Below are positions 12,201 to 24,200 of a stretch of DNA of 64,000 nt, one piece after another. Every line of letters begins with the position of its first letter. Position 1 is the stretch's first letter. The position numbers and the translations under genes are program-made. The notes under the pieces are model-generated. The model saw only the letters and a list, made by a program, of their open reading frames with translations, was not told where the DNA came from and ran no database searches. Source of the DNA: Chiloscyllium plagiosum (taxonomy: Eukaryota); the NCBI RefSeq assembly GCF_004010195.1, contig NC_057728.1, forward strand, positions 45,169,419-45,233,418, read 5' to 3'.

Positions 12201-15200
12201 AGAGGACAACAAGCAGGGCAGTGTTTAACTTTTCCCAGCAAAAAAGGATTAGAGCAAGCTGCAAGTCCACCACTTTGTTCACACCATGAATCTGATCCCT
12301 TTCTCCTGGGCTGGGAGCTTATTTATGTTTGTAGGGTAAGATCCCAGCAGAATTCTTCAAGAAAGCACTGAGAAGAGAAGAGGCAGTGAGGGTGACACGG
12401 TGGGTCAGTGGTTAGTACTGTTACCTCACAACACCAGGGACCCAGGTTTGATTCCAGATTCGGGCAACCGTCTGTGTGGAATTTGCGCATTCTCCCCATC
12501 TCTGCATGTGTTTTTTCTGGGTGTTCTGGTTTCCTCCCACAGTCCAAAGATGTGCAGGTTAAGTGAATTGGCCATGCTAAGTTCCCCATAGTGTTCAGGG
12601 ATGTGTAGGTTAGGTGTGTTAGTCAGGGGTAATGTAAAGTAATAGGGAATGGATCTGGGTGGATACTTTCCAGAGGTTTGGTGTGTACTTGTTAGGCCTA
12701 ATGGCCTATTTCCACACTGTAGTGATTCTCTGATGCTTATATCAAGAATGAAGTAATAGCAGTCCATTCGACAAAATGTGATAAAGGATTTTCTTAAAGG
12801 GGAAAGAAGAAAGCGTGGAGTGAAGACCTATTATTATTGTCAATATATAAGATATTATAAGCTGAAATTAATGCTGAAGATATGTAAGCACTTCTTTTCA
12901 ATTTTCGATTTATATTTATGGAGAAATGGAAATTATGTTAATACCTTACCTGTGGGTATATGTAGCTACTCTCATTAATTGTACAAAAAAAAGTAGAATC
13001 ATCTACAGTAAAATTGCTACATGAGCAAGGTAGAGACGTCGATAAAATCAGATCATCCTGTTCCCAATCTGTCGAATTGTAATATCCACAACATTGAAAC
13101 TAGGATACAAAAACAAATAACATTTGAAAAGTGGGGGTTAGAGCTTTGAAGAGCAGAGAGATATGTTGTGATGATTCCAGGAATAGCAGGAATTGATTTC
13201 CAGAGTATGACCACATGAGGCATAACAGGTAAATCGAGTCTAAATCTTTCGGACACAAAGAAATCCAAAATTGTTGCTGTCCCCTTGAAATCATCACACC
13301 TCTGACTTACTAATTTTCAGGTCATAGAGTCATAGAAAAGTACAGCACAGAAACAGACCCTTTCGGTCCAACCTGTCCATGCCAACCAGATATCCCAACC
13401 TAATATAGTCCTACCTGCCAGCAGCCAGCCCATATCCCTCCAAACACTTCCTATTCATATACCCATCCATATGCCTTTTAAATGTTGCAATTGCACCAGC
13501 CTCCACCACTTCCTCTGGCAGCTCATTCCATACACATAACACCTCAAAAGGTTGTCCCTCAGGTCTCTTTTATATCTTTCATCTCTGGCCCTAAACCTAT
13601 GCCCTCTAGTTCTGGACTCCCCGACCCCAGGGAAAATACTTTGTCTATTTATCCTATCCATGCCCCTCATGATTTTCTAAACCTCTACAAGGTCACCCCT
13701 CAACCTCTAATGCTCCAAGGAAAACAGCCCCAGCTTACTCAGCCTCACCCTATAGCTCAAGTCCTCCAACCCTGGCAACATCCTTGTAAATCTTTTCTGA
13801 ACCCTTTCAAGTTTCACAACACCCTTCCAATAGAAAGGAAACCAGAATTGCCTGCAATATTCCAAAAGTGGCAGAACCAATGTCTTGTACAGCTGCAACA
13901 TGACCTCCCAACTGAGCCTTTAAATGGGCAAAGATCCTGCTCACCTGCAATAGTGCTTAAATATACAAATTAGGATCCAAAGATGGTTGGATTAAAAAAG
14001 TTTATCCCCTAGTGAAGACATAGCAATTGAGATTAGGAACCACCAGAATACTTTGCAAAAAAACACACCTTTAACACAAGTTTATCAGGAAGTGATCAGC
14101 ATATAGCGTCGAGACTCTGCGGGAAAAGGAGAGGATAGAGCCTGTTGCGTGTTCCCAGAGCAGACAGTCAAAGTCATTTGGCAGAATGCCTCATTATCAG
14201 AACTTTCCAATAAGCACCAAGGCATCGCTTGGTTGGTGGTGAGAAGGGCACTACTTGGGAGATCTTTCATATATGCCCAGTCAGCCTGTGTCACTACATG
14301 CTGCCCTCAGAACAGCTGCAGGTTTGGGGGTTGGGGGGGGGGGTGTGGGGGGGGTTGAGACTGTCACACATCTCTGTCCAAAATGTACCTTCGCAAAGGG
14401 AACTGGAAGAAGATGCAGTTGTTTTTGTTGAGGTTCTTCATGAGCAGCTCCATGATACTGGAGTCTGTGCTTTATGGTCTGTTCTGCAGGATGCACACCA
14501 TGACAAACATCAACTGCACCTGGAGGACCATCAATTCAGTGAAAGGCACTCTTTGGTATGCCAGAGCCTTGTTGGTCTTCTAGAACAAGAAGTTAACCCT
14601 GACCGAGTGTTGCAGACTGGCACATTTTATGTCATAAAGTGTGCCGCTGGAAAAGCACAGCCGGTCAGGCAGTATCTGAGGAGCAGGAGAGTCGACATTT
14701 TGGGCATAGGTCCTGCATCAGGAATGTGGAGGTGGGGGGCCCAAGAGGGCTGGGAGATAAATAGAAGAGGATTGGGGCTGGGAGGAAGGTAGCTTGGAAG
14801 GCGATAGGTAGGTGAAGGTAGGGGGTGATAGTGATAGGTCGGAGTGGAGGATGGAGTGAATAGGTGGGAAGGAAGAAGGACAGGTAAGACAGTTCAAGAG
14901 GGCAGTTGGAGGGTTGGATCTGAGATCATGTGAGCGGAGGGGAGGGGAGATGAGGAAACTGGTGAAATTGACGTTGATGCCATGTGCTTGGAGGATCCTA
15001 ATGCGGAAGGTGTGATGTTCTTACTGCAGGCATCAGGTGGCTAGGATTTGGTGGTGAAAGAGGTCCAGGACTTGCATGCCCTTGGTGGACTCTGCATCTC
15101 CCCTCCCCTCACCTTATCCCAGATTCAACCCTCCAACTCAGCACCACCCTCTTGAATTGACCTACCTGTCCATCTTTCTTCCCACCAATCCGCTCCAGAC

Positions 15201-18200
15201 TCCTCTCCGACCTATTACCATCAACCCCCACCTTCATCTACCTATCGCCTTCCAAGCTGCCTTCCCCTCAGCCCCACCCCGTTCTCATTTATCTCAGAGC
15301 CCTTGCATTATCAATCCCCCACCCCAACATCCCCCTCTATACCCCACATTCCTGATGAAGGACTTATACACGAAACATCAACTCTCCTGCTCCTTTGATG
15401 CTGCCTGACCTGCTGTGCTTTTCCAGTGCCACACTTTCTGACTCCAGCATCTGCACACTTTCTCCTGGCACATTCTATGTGCTGAGGGATACACCAAAGG
15501 TTGGGGTAGCTGCCACTTAGATGCAGTTGGGGAAAGGTGTTTCAGTTGAAGGTAAATGGGGGGGGGTGTCTGTTTGGTAATCAGACCTTCCTTGTGCCTC
15601 AGATATGGGTAAATATTGGTATTGTGTAAGAGAGGTCTTTGGTTTCTTTGGGATAGAGTCAAAGTTCAACATTTATTGCTTGCTTGATATGCATTTGTGC
15701 AGAACTGAACTGCTTTTGTGTCAATGTATACATACAAAGAATCTTTTTATGAATAAAGTATATTTTTGAAACAAAAAATGATTTGGAGGTGATTAGACAG
15801 AGGCCTAGGACTGGTAAGTAAAACTGAATACTACATGAGAATTGAAACAGCATTTTCTTCTGTGCTTGAAACCTGCAGATTGAAATGGTGGCATAGAAAT
15901 AAGATACAGAGTTAATCACATTGTTAGATGTACAAAATGCTATGGATGTACTTTGCATTGTAATATTCTATGAGAATGAGTTGCTACATAAATGTACAGC
16001 TATTGTGGTCCAGACTTTTGTCAGACTGCTTTTTTTAAAAAAATAAACTTGTTATGACAAACCTCCATGGTAGGTGGGATCTTGTGACCCAAAGCTAGGG
16101 ATATGACCACAGCATCACAAAGGTCTTGATTACTTTGTTTTATAACATTAACATACATGATTCTTCAAAGCAATCAAGAATGATGATAGCCATGACAAAA
16201 GAAGTGATCCTGCCAACTATAACATGTTAAGTTATTGTTGTTTATCTGTTTCTTTTTGTGAACTTACCTCTTTCTGAATGACATCCATAAAATTCCATTT
16301 TAATTCTTTGGAAAAGCTGTCATTGCCATAATGTTTAATAACCTCAATGGTTTGCTTATCCAGTACAGTTACAATCTGTTAAAATTAAATATAATTGGAT
16401 TGAATGTTCATTTAAAAGCCAGCAGACAATAGAGCTACAAAATAATCCTTTTGTAAATACATGCAAAAAGACTCAGAAACTGAAAAGCTTCATGATTAAA
16501 AGTCAAATCAATAACGTAAAATTGATAAAATGAAACAGTCAGCTACTGGTGTCATGATTCTGCATGTTCAAACTATATTAATTTGCTGAACATTAGTTAC
16601 TTTCTGATACAAAACACTGACTCAAGCAGATTTTCAAAAGACATTAGAAACTGGCAATTAATTTCCTACGTGTATGATATAATGACACAGAAACATAAAG
16701 GAAACTAATCTTTTAACTCCAATTAAACTCTTGAGGATTAATTCACTGAAGTTAATATAATAGTCTCCTGTAATACCATTGAGAGCTTTTCCCACATGGG
16801 CAGAAAAACACTACACCCACACGGAAGAGCACTTAGTGCCTCAGTGACTCATGAACATGTCTGATGTGGCACATACATATTAAGAGGCAGTATAACTATA
16901 CAATTAAATATGGAAACATTGAGTGAGAAAGTACTATTCAACTGCACCAACTGATTACTTTACAAACAGGGTAAGGTTTATCTTGTTTTCCAAGTTTACA
17001 GTGGCATGGTGGCTCAGTGGTTAGCACTACTACCTCATAGCACCTGGGACTTGGGTTCAATTCCCACCTTGGGCAATTGTCTGTCTGTGTGGAGCTTGCA
17101 CATTCTCCCCATGTTTGTGTGGATTGGCTCTTGTTTCCTCCCACAATCCAAAAATGTACAGGTCAGGTCAATTGGCCAAGCTAAATTGCCCATTGTGTTA
17201 GGTACATTAGTCAGGGGTAAATGTAATGGAATTGGTCTGGGTGGCTTACTCTTTGGAGGGTCGGTGTGGACTTGTTGGGCTAAAGGGCCTGTTTCCACAC
17301 TGTAGGGAATCTAATCTAAAAAAAATGTTCACAGTGGTTCTGAGACACTTCAGCCACTTTATGTTATTTTAGTTGGCTGACATTGTTCTTATTTCTGCTT
17401 TCCACTGTAAAAGCTCCTGGTTGTCATTCAGACCTTAATCTGTCACCTACGACTTTGCTAAACAATCTTTGTCATTGCTGTGTGTCTGGAATTTGGCAAT
17501 TCAGAATATTTATGAAAGTAATTTGACAAAACAGAGGATTGGAATGGGCAATAATATACACTATATATCAGATATTCATAGATCAAACACATTTTCTTAT
17601 TACAGATTTCTCCAGCTTTCTCATTTCACCTCCCCCCACCTTTTCTCAGTTCCAACCCTCAGACATGCTGCCTGACCTGCTGCGCTTTTCCAGCAATAGA
17701 TTTTTAAGCATCAACATTAAGTGCAAATAATTGATATCATAATATGTAGCAATGACTGTATATCACTTTCACCACATGTAATGCTCTGCTTTCAGTTATT
17801 TCACAATGTCCATATTTACATTGTTGTGTTAGTTTTAACAAGTAGGTAGACAAGTTCAAGGATTTTGTTACAGGCATATTGTCAGTTTACATGAGCCGGC
17901 AAAGATCATGATAGCACAGAATTTTATCAGAATGCTGATTAATGATTATCTCAATAGATTTTATGCAAAAAGATTCAAATTATCATTTACTGCAACAATA
18001 AACTGGAGTTCAAGATCAATCACCCTCATTTTAATTTAATATATTCATAAACTTGCTATAACTGAATTGTTATATTTGTGTTTAGATGGTAATAATAAAA
18101 TGCATACATACGTGACTATACTGTGAAAGTATGGCCAGTCCAATAGAAAGTTGCAGAATGAAGATAAGGATCAGAAATAAGAAGTACTGAAAATAAAAAT

Positions 18201-21200
18201 AATTAAATCATTTCAACAGATTCAACAGTATTTTCAATGTGTTAAAATATTTTGATTTGTAAATTTTGATTTGTGTAATGGTGTGGAAGTGGTGATGGAA
18301 AACCAAATGCTAACTTAACATGTCTTAAAATCTTTATTCAATTGCAGTAAATAAGATAGTAAATAAAATTTGGGAGAGGTGTAAAACAGACTTTAGTTTG
18401 CTATTATGTGTTTTATAATAGCTTGTCCCATGCAGCCTTCAAGATTCTCACAAGCCTCCTATCAACTCTCGGTTACAACCAGCCTGACCTCTGGCCTGAT
18501 GGTGTCCACACTGCCTGACCTGAATCAGGTCAGATACAATGAATCGCTCTCAATTTCCATTTTGGCCAAGCTACTGGTTGTTAATGAGGCTTAAGTGTTA
18601 AAGTGGCCTGGTTCTCATGTTGCAGCTGCAGTGGGTGGGTCTCTCACCGGCTTTCATCTGAGGATTTAAAGTACCCTAGAATGTGCAAATTTTACATCAG
18701 CAACAAAAAAAAAGAGTGAAAGCATTACGAATATCCCTCAGTAAAGGCAACTACCCAATGCTGCCTACTCTGCAGTTTATGTGACTCCCATCCCACAAAG
18801 TCAATTGAATTGTCCAGTCTTCTTAAGTAGGTAAGCAAACACTTCAGTTGTGAAGTCAATGGGGCACAATTTCCAATGTCAAGTGTGTGATGGCAGGAAG
18901 GGGCTGCAGTTGGACCCACCAACTCCAGAATGATTTCTAATGGCTGCAGGACGCTGAGGTATTCTGTTTAAAAGGCCCATTTTAGTGCTGGGGAATTTAT
19001 CCCTGTAATGATAACTCTAAGGACCTGTAGCCCTCACTCCTCACACTCCCATGCCTAATTCATGCAATCCCAGCCCTTCATTCACATCTCTAAGCTTTCT
19101 TATACACCCTCATGCATAGGAAAGCTTGGGTAAGAGCCCAGCTATCAATTAGAGTGTTGAAACAGTTGAGCCCAGGCAAAATATTGCATGATTGACAGCT
19201 CTGAAATATTCTATAAATTCCACAATTGCTATTTACATAAGAGAATGAGACTTCAGGTGTTTGCAGTTTCTGCTATTAATTGGGCCTTTTATTTGCACTT
19301 TTATTGATCCTAGCCTGGCTTCATCTACTCAGAGACTTTCAGAAAAAAACATCCTTTTCATCAGGTGATAAAGGCATCAAGACTGTGACATCCACCGTGT
19401 CCACCTCAGATTCCAAAGTTTCTTCAATACTAGACAGAGGGGGAGAATGTACGGGTTCCAACAGACTTTCTGGCTGTTCTCAGGGGCTGGGTATGTTTTG
19501 CTCCTGCCTTATTTGTGATTTACAGCTTTCATGTGTTCTACATGCTTGTTCAGGATTGCCACACCTCCCTGAACTTTGTATGTCATGGGACCTGACCCTG
19601 TGTCAACCATGCCTCTTAACCATGCAGAGCCATTTCCATGGTTTTAGCACCAAACTTCATCCTCTGAAGAAAACTGCCTCTCTGGCTTAGAGAGGTCTTG
19701 TGCCTGGCACTGGCATTCCTGCTGCAGTTTCACATTCTTCTCAACCATTAGCCGCAGCCCCCCCACTTTCCCGCATCCCATGCAACCCCATGTCCCCAAG
19801 GTCTGGGAAGATCAGATTTAACCTGGTGCAGAGTCTTCTCTCTATTAGCAACACTGCTAGAGTTACCCCTGTAGTTGCAAGAGGGTTCGTCTGATAATCA
19901 AATAGGTACTGGGACAGTTAGTACTGAGTGAAGCTGTAGGTTGTTTCTTTAAGCAGGCCTTCAACTTTTGGACTGTTCTTTCTGCCAGACCATTGGATGA
20001 TGGTTATAAGCTGTCCTTATCTGCAGAATGTCATTCAACTTTAGGAAATATTCAAACTCCCTGCTGCTAAATGGTGGCCTGTTGTCTGTGACCAACACTT
20101 CCAGGTGTCCATCTAATGCAAAAATGCTCACAACTTTTCTATCTTCATCCCTGTATTTGACGAATGAATTCTATGCATGTCCAATGACTTTGGGTGGATG
20201 TCCACATTGCCTAAATACATTGAGCCCATAAAGGGTCTGGTATAGTCTTCAAGTAACTGAGTCCACGATTTACCCGGCCATTCCCACGAATGTGGGGGAG
20301 CTACTGGCAATACATTTGTCCTTGTTGGCACTCCAGGCACTGCTCCATTAATGAAGCATGTCTACATTCAAACCTGGCCAGAATGCATAACCTCTCACTG
20401 ACATGCTCATTCTGGAAACCCTGGATGACCTGGTGGAGTTCAGCCAGTATCTGGCAGTGACAATCACTCTTGCTCCCCTTAATAAAAGGCCATCCTTTAT
20501 GTTAATCTGGTCTTGCTGACTCCAGAGAACTTTCAATTCTGGTTATGTTAGTCCTTTTGTTTCTTCCATCACCACCAGCTTAGTTTTGCCACGACCCGTA
20601 TCTTTCTGCGTTCACAGTCTGACATTGTCAGAGGATCAGAAGGTTGTCTGGTAAGTTTAAACCCGAATGGACTCCTCCAATGGTGGCACCATCGGTGGTG
20701 TATCTGCCAGTGGTAGGTGGCTCAAGGCATTCAAATTTGCTACTCGGCCCCCTGGATGGTGGTCTAACTTGTAATTGTATGCACTTCGAATGAGAGCCCA
20801 CTGCTGAATTCGACCAGAGCTATGGGTGGCATGGCTTTGTCATCATTGAGTAGCCATAAAAGTTGTTTGTGGTCTGTTACTATTACAAATTTACTTTTAT
20901 AAAGGTTGTGGTGGAACTTTCTCATGCCAAAAATGACTGTCAAATCTTCCTTCTCTCTCTCTCTGAGTGTATTTGCGCTCTGCGTCAGCCAAAGACTGAA
21001 TAGCATTGGTCGTTCAGTTCCATTGGACCATCTGTGAGCGAATGAAGGCATCGCATATCAGCACCAGATCTCACTTGGGATCATGTTGTGCCAACATCTT
21101 AGATGATGATAGCTGCTCCTTCATTTCCTTAAAGATTACACCATGGCTATGTGATCATTTTGAAAGTTGATCCTTTTTTGATAGCAGAGATAAGGGTGCA

Positions 21201-24200
21201 AGGAGATAGGCCAGGTTATGTATGAGCTTTCTGATATAATTCAGTAACCCAAGGAAAGACCGAATCTCCCATACCGATGTGGGAGCTGGAGCACTTTTGA
21301 TCGCCCTCACTTTATCTTCCAATGGGTGAAACCCAGTCTTGTCAACTCTGTACCCCAAGTAGGTCACTTGGGTGGCTTGTACACACATTTATCCTTTCTA
21401 AGGTGTACCCCACCTTGGAGAAATGCCTAAAAACTATGTCCAAGTTCTCAAAGAGTTCTTTATTGGTCTTCCCTGCCATTAACACGTCATCCAGATAAAT
21501 GGCAACCTGGGGTAGACCTTGTAAAATGTTCTCCATTATCCATTGAAAAATGGCACAGGCTGATGATAGTTGAAACTTTATTGCTGGAACAGCACAGCAG
21601 GTCAGGCAGCATCTAGGGAACAGAAGATTCGACGTTTCGGGCACATGCCCTTCTTCAGGAATGAGCAGAGAGTGTTCAGCAGGAGAAGATAAAAGGTAGG
21701 GAGGAGGGACTTGGAGGAGGGGCGTTGGAAATGTGATAGGTGGAAAGAGGTCAAGGTGAAGGTGATAGGTCGGAGTAGGGTGGAGGCGGAGAGGTCAAGA
21801 AGAAGACTGCAGGTCAGGAAGGCGGTGCCGGGCTGGAGGGATTCGGCTGAGACAAGGTGGGGGGAGGGGGGATGAAGAAACTGGTAAAGTCCAAGTTCAT
21901 CCCCTGTGGTTGGAGGGTTCCCAGTCGGAAGATAAGACGCTCCTCCTCCGACCGTCGCGTTGTTGTGGTTTGTCGGTGGATGAGTCCAATGACCTGCATA
22001 TCCTCGGTGGAGTGGGAGGGGGAGTTGAAATGCTGTGCTACAGGGTGATTGGGTTGGTTCGTCCGGGTGGCCCAGAGGTGCTCTCTGAATCGCTCCGCAA
22101 GTAGGCTGATGATACCCCAGATAGCAGTCTTATATACTGGGACAAACTCTCATGGGTTTTAATTCTAGCATACCTTTGGGAATCCTCATCTAATTGCAAT
22201 TGCAGGTATTCTATGGTCCATGTCCAGTTTCATAGAAGACAGCGCCCTTGCTAGTTTTGCATTTAATTCCTCTCTGCGATGAATTGGTTATTTATCCAGC
22301 TATGAGAAGCAGTTTACTGTTTGTTGAAAATCCCCACATAAGCAAACCAACCTGTCAGACTTCACAATTGGTACACCAGTTGCTGCCCATTGTGTGAACT
22401 GGACTGGTTTGCTGATTCATTTGCTTTCCAGGCTCCTGATTTCTGTGTTTACTTTTGCCCATAAGGCTAATGGCACTGGGCAGGCCTTGAAGAATCGTGG
22501 ATTTGCTTCCTGGTAAATGTGCAAGGTCACCTTGAGTCCTTCGATAGTACCTAGACCTTCCTGTCAAACTTCTGAGTATTTAATTAGGACTTCACCCAGG
22601 CAGTTACTTTCTAGTTAGAAAATGTTGAGCCAATCAAGGTGAATCTTTCTCAACCAATTTTGCCCCATCAGGCTTGGGCCTGAACTTTTTACTACAATCA
22701 CCGGTAATTGAACCAGCTGTTTCTTATAAGAGACCAGAACTGAAGTTGTACCCTTAATCTGTAAAGGTTTCCCAGTTTAGGTTCTCAGTCTAGTTGAGGT
22801 CTTATGCAAATGTAAGGGTTGGAGTCCAGAGCGAATTTTGTTTAAAAATTGGTTCTGCAATCACTGACTAGAGTGTGTTGCTGGAAAAGCACAGCAGGTC
22901 AGGCAGCATCCAAGGAGCAGGAGAATCAACGTTTTTGGCCGGAGCCCTTCATCAGGAATGAGACTGGGAGCCTCAGGGGTGGAGAGATAAATGGGAGGGG
23001 TGTGGGACTGGGGAGAAGGTAGCTAAGAGAGCAATAGGTGGATGGAGATGGGATAAAGGTGATAGGTCAGAGAGGAGGGTGAAGCAGATAGGTGGGAAGG
23101 AAGCTTGACAGGTGGGATAGGTCTCCGCCCTCACCTCGAACTCCAGCCCCAGTCCAGGTCCTAGCTTCCATACCACCTTGAACTCAGCCCCACCCCAGGT
23201 CCTAGCCCCCATCCCTACCATGTCCTCACCATTCTCCCAGACCTCCCCCTCATTGAGATAAACATTTAGTCCTCAGCAAAGGCCTCACTTTTATCCCTCT
23301 ACAGTCCCAGATTAGTGAGTTCGACACACGCTGCAACCTTGAATGTATCTTCCGTCCCCTCCTCCTCTGTGCCTATCTTTTTAACCAAGACAACCGCCCA
23401 CCCACCAAGGACCCCTTCTCCTGTCTCCAACACACCCCATCTACCTGGACACCCCGTGCTAGCCTGCTACCCGCCCTTGACCTCTTCATTTCAAACTGCC
23501 GCCGTGATATCGACTGCCTCAACCTGTCCAACCGCCTTCCCTACTCAAACCACTCGCTCTCACAACACACAGCCCTCCACTCCCTCCGCTTCAACCCCAA
23601 CCTCACCATCAAACCAGCGGACAAAGGGGGTGCAGTGGTAGTTTGGTGCACTAATCTTTACACCGCTGAAGCCAGGTGCCAACTTGATGACACCTCCTCT
23701 TACTGCCCCCTCGACCATGATCTCACCCTCCATCACCAAACCATCACCTCCCAGACCATGCACAACCTCATCACCTCAGGGGATCTCCCACCCACAGCTT
23801 GCAACCTCATTGTTTGGGAACCCTGCACTGCACAATTCTATCTCCTTCCCAAGATCCACAATCCTGACTCCCCCGACTGACCTATTGTTTAATCCTGCTC
23901 CTGCCCCACCGAACTCATCTCCCTCTACAATGATACTGTCCTAACCCCCCAGTCCAGGAACTCCCACCCACGCCCTCCACCTCCTCCAAGACTTCCGTTT
24001 CCCAGCCCCCAATGCCTCATCTTCACCATGGACAACCAGTCCCTCTACACCTCCATCTGCCATGACCAGGGCCTCCAAGCCTTCCGTTTCTTCCTCTCCT
24101 GATATCCCCACCAGTACCCTTCCACTGACACTCTTATTTGTTTGGCTAAACTGGTCCTCACCTTTAACAATTTCTCCTTCCAATCCTCCCACTTCCTCCA

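Noticed and set aside
12391..12470. tRNA genes at the heads of the 12.4, 17.0 and 59.4 kb repeats
   Set aside because: They are tRNA-derived SINE heads that continue into SINE core and tail.
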